DNA of 54,787 nucleotides from a virus (Duplodnaviria; Caudoviricetes): IMG/VR virus record IMGVR_UViG_3300018719_000035, positions 1 to 54,787 of that record; one strand, 5' to 3'. Shown piece by piece: positions 53,295 to 54,787 of this stretch (position 1 is its first letter; each line of letters starts with the position of its first letter). The notes under the pieces were generated by a model. It saw only the letters and a program-made list of their open reading frames with translations, ran no database searches and was not told where the DNA came from. The position numbers and the translations under genes were made by a program.

Positions 53295-53516
53295 ATGGGA
53301 CGCCGCCATGAGCCCATAACAGAGGAGCGACTAGAACGGGCGCTCGCCTATGCGGCTTTTGTCGTGATGAGGCATGGGCCTGTGTATGCCCCGCTTTTCG
53401 ACCGGCTGGAACGTGAGTTGATCGCGTACCGCAGTCAGAACACTTCGGTTGAGGACCGCTTGCGCCGGCTCCTCAGCCCTCAGACCCGCGAGGGTGGCTT
53501 GAAGGCGATCCGCTGA
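53295..53516 (+). CDS. Small protein convergent on the integrase (possible directionality factor)
   Basis: Last gene of the early arm, overlapping the int 3' end. Confidence 0.55.
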   Translation: MGRRHEPITEERLERALAYAAFVVMRHGPVYAPLFDRLERELIAYRSQNTSVEDRLRRLLSPQTREGGLKAIR

Positions 53517-54787
53517 AGCCACTCTTGCTTTTGCTCCAGGCTGTGCCCTACCCCATATTTCGGCCTGGCGTATTTGTGCCCCATCAGGTTGGCAATCAGC
53601 TTTTCAGGGGCTTCCACGGCGGTCAGCCGATCCTCAAAGCTATGACGCAGGGAATAGAGGCTTTCACCCCTCGGACGGAGCCCGGCGTTCTTCAAGACCT
53701 TGTTGACCAGGGCCGATAGGGACGCGGCGTTATCGAAGTAGCGCGGGAATCCCTCGGGGAAGCGCTGGGCAGCCATCAGAGACACGCCTACCAAGGGGAT
53801 GTCCCGCTCCGATTGCGGCGTCTTCAGTTCGCGGCCGTTAGGCCGGATGCGGACGTGAGGAACCTTCCATTTCAGGACGATGGTCTCGGCGGTCAGGTTG
53901 GCCGCTTCGGACAGGCGCATCCCGGTTTCCACCATAAGATAGAGGATACAGCGGGCTTCTTCATTGAGCTGGTCCAGGGCGCCTTCCTTCAGGATCCGCT
54001 CCTGGATGAAGGCGGGCGGGTACGGGATGCGGGAAGCGTCCTTCTCTCCCTGAATGCGCAATTCGCTAAACACGGGCTGGAGCCCAAGACGGTCGGTGCG
54101 CTCAATCTCTCTGAACATCCTGTTCAGGTGCCCGATATCTTTGTTAGCGGTGCCGACATCCACTTCCCCCGCCAGGACGCGATCCTGCCACCATGTTCGG
54201 AAATCCAAGGCGTCGGCGCGGGTGATGCGGGTCAGGGTTTTATCCCCGATCACTTCGATCAGGTTCTTGATGGCCCGCAGCTTCGGGTTCTTCCACTTGC
54301 GGATCTGGTCGGGGGACATATTGCGGCGCTCGGCCGCCGTGATGGTCTCGAAGCGCTCGAAGAGACCCGATAGGGATAATTCGGGCTCCGGCTCCCCACC
54401 CAGGACAGCGGCATGAAGCTGCTCGTCATCCGGCCTCTTCATGGCCATCAGGCGCTCGAAGCGTTCCAGCACGTCGATGATGGGGCGGTCTACCAGTTCG
54501 GGCACAGTGGCATAGTCGAACCCGAGGGAGCGGGCGCGGCGGCGGGCTTCCATGTAGCGGGTGCGGGCCTCGACCGATTGGCCGTCCTTCAGCCCCCGCC
54601 AGTAAGCCTCTGTTTCGGCGTCAAGCCTGGCGGCAACCTTCTTGGCTCGAATCGCCTTAGGGTCGTCGGCTATGCGGATCTTGGTGGAGAGTTTGACCAC
54701 CCCTCTCAAATCGAGGTGTTTGAACTCATCGGGGACGCGGCGGGCGTACTGCCAGAACCCGTTCCGCTTGGTCAGATAATCGGCCAC
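53480..54787 (-). CDS. int: Helper tyrosine integrase with DUF6538-like N-terminus
   Basis: YL.KRNG.W...RRVP N-terminus; TGMRLSE, YSLRH and LMGH......YG catalytic motifs. Confidence 0.93.
   Translation of the reverse strand: MADYLTKRNGFWQYARRVPDEFKHLDLRGVVKLSTKIRIADDPKAIRAKKVAARLDAETEAYWRGLKDGQSVEARTRYMEARRRARSLGFDYATVPELVDRPIIDVLERFERLMAMKRPDDEQLHAAVLGGEPEPELSLSGLFERFETITAAERRNMSPDQIRKWKNPKLRAIKNLIEVIGDKTLTRITRADALDFRTWWQDRVLAGEVDVGTANKDIGHLNRMFREIERTDRLGLQPVFSELRIQGEKDASRIPYPPAFIQERILKEGALDQLNEEARCILYLMVETGMRLSEAANLTAETIVLKWKVPHVRIRPNGRELKTPQSERDIPLVGVSLMAAQRFPEGFPRYFDNAASLSALVNKVLKNAGLRPRGESLYSLRHSFEDRLTAVEAPEKLIANLMGHKYARPKYGVGHSLEQKQEWLQRIAFKPPSRV

Larger units (their letters stand above)
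1..54787. mobile_element. Temperate HK97/lambda-like siphovirus prophage (helper); true att ends not visible in window
   Basis: Complete set of integrase, cI/cro, replication, terminase, portal, capsid, tail and lysis modules in lambdoid order. Confidence 0.95.

Noticed and set aside
1-54787. Helper attL/attR sites
   Set aside because: The window starts and ends at ORF starts, and no convincing terminal direct repeat was found by eye.

Overview
The window is a temperate HK97/lambda-like siphovirus prophage in an alphaproteobacterial host (host group inferred from GAAC-N7-GAAC SOS boxes and GapR-like and DUF6894-like genes). From right to left it carries a tyrosine integrase, an early recombination/accessory arm, a cI/cro switch, replication genes, a NusG-like late regulator, HNH, a cos-like site with terS/terL, portal, head, tail and lysis genes. 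The prophage att ends are not visible inside the window. The main finding is a 10,855-bp satellite-like element nested inside the prophage portal gene, bounded by an 11-bp direct repeat (ACACCGAAGAA at 21178-21188 and 32033-32043). Removing it in silico restores an in-frame 409-aa portal. The element encodes its own integrase, AlpA/Xis-like protein, PC4-like protein, Rep with four iterons, HNH-like protein, prohead protease, HK97 major capsid and a full-length tape-measure protein with helper-like ends. It also carries a near-copy of the helper's cos-like region, but no portal, large terminase or tail tube. The inference is a satellite that disables its helper until it excises, then uses the helper's portal, terminase and tail. 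Secondary observations include a c4-like structured RNA, a peptide/fold-back/XRE cassette, a dispersed structured repeat family, two perfect SOS boxes and several defence-like morons. All family assignments come from motifs read by eye and from gene order; no database searches were run.
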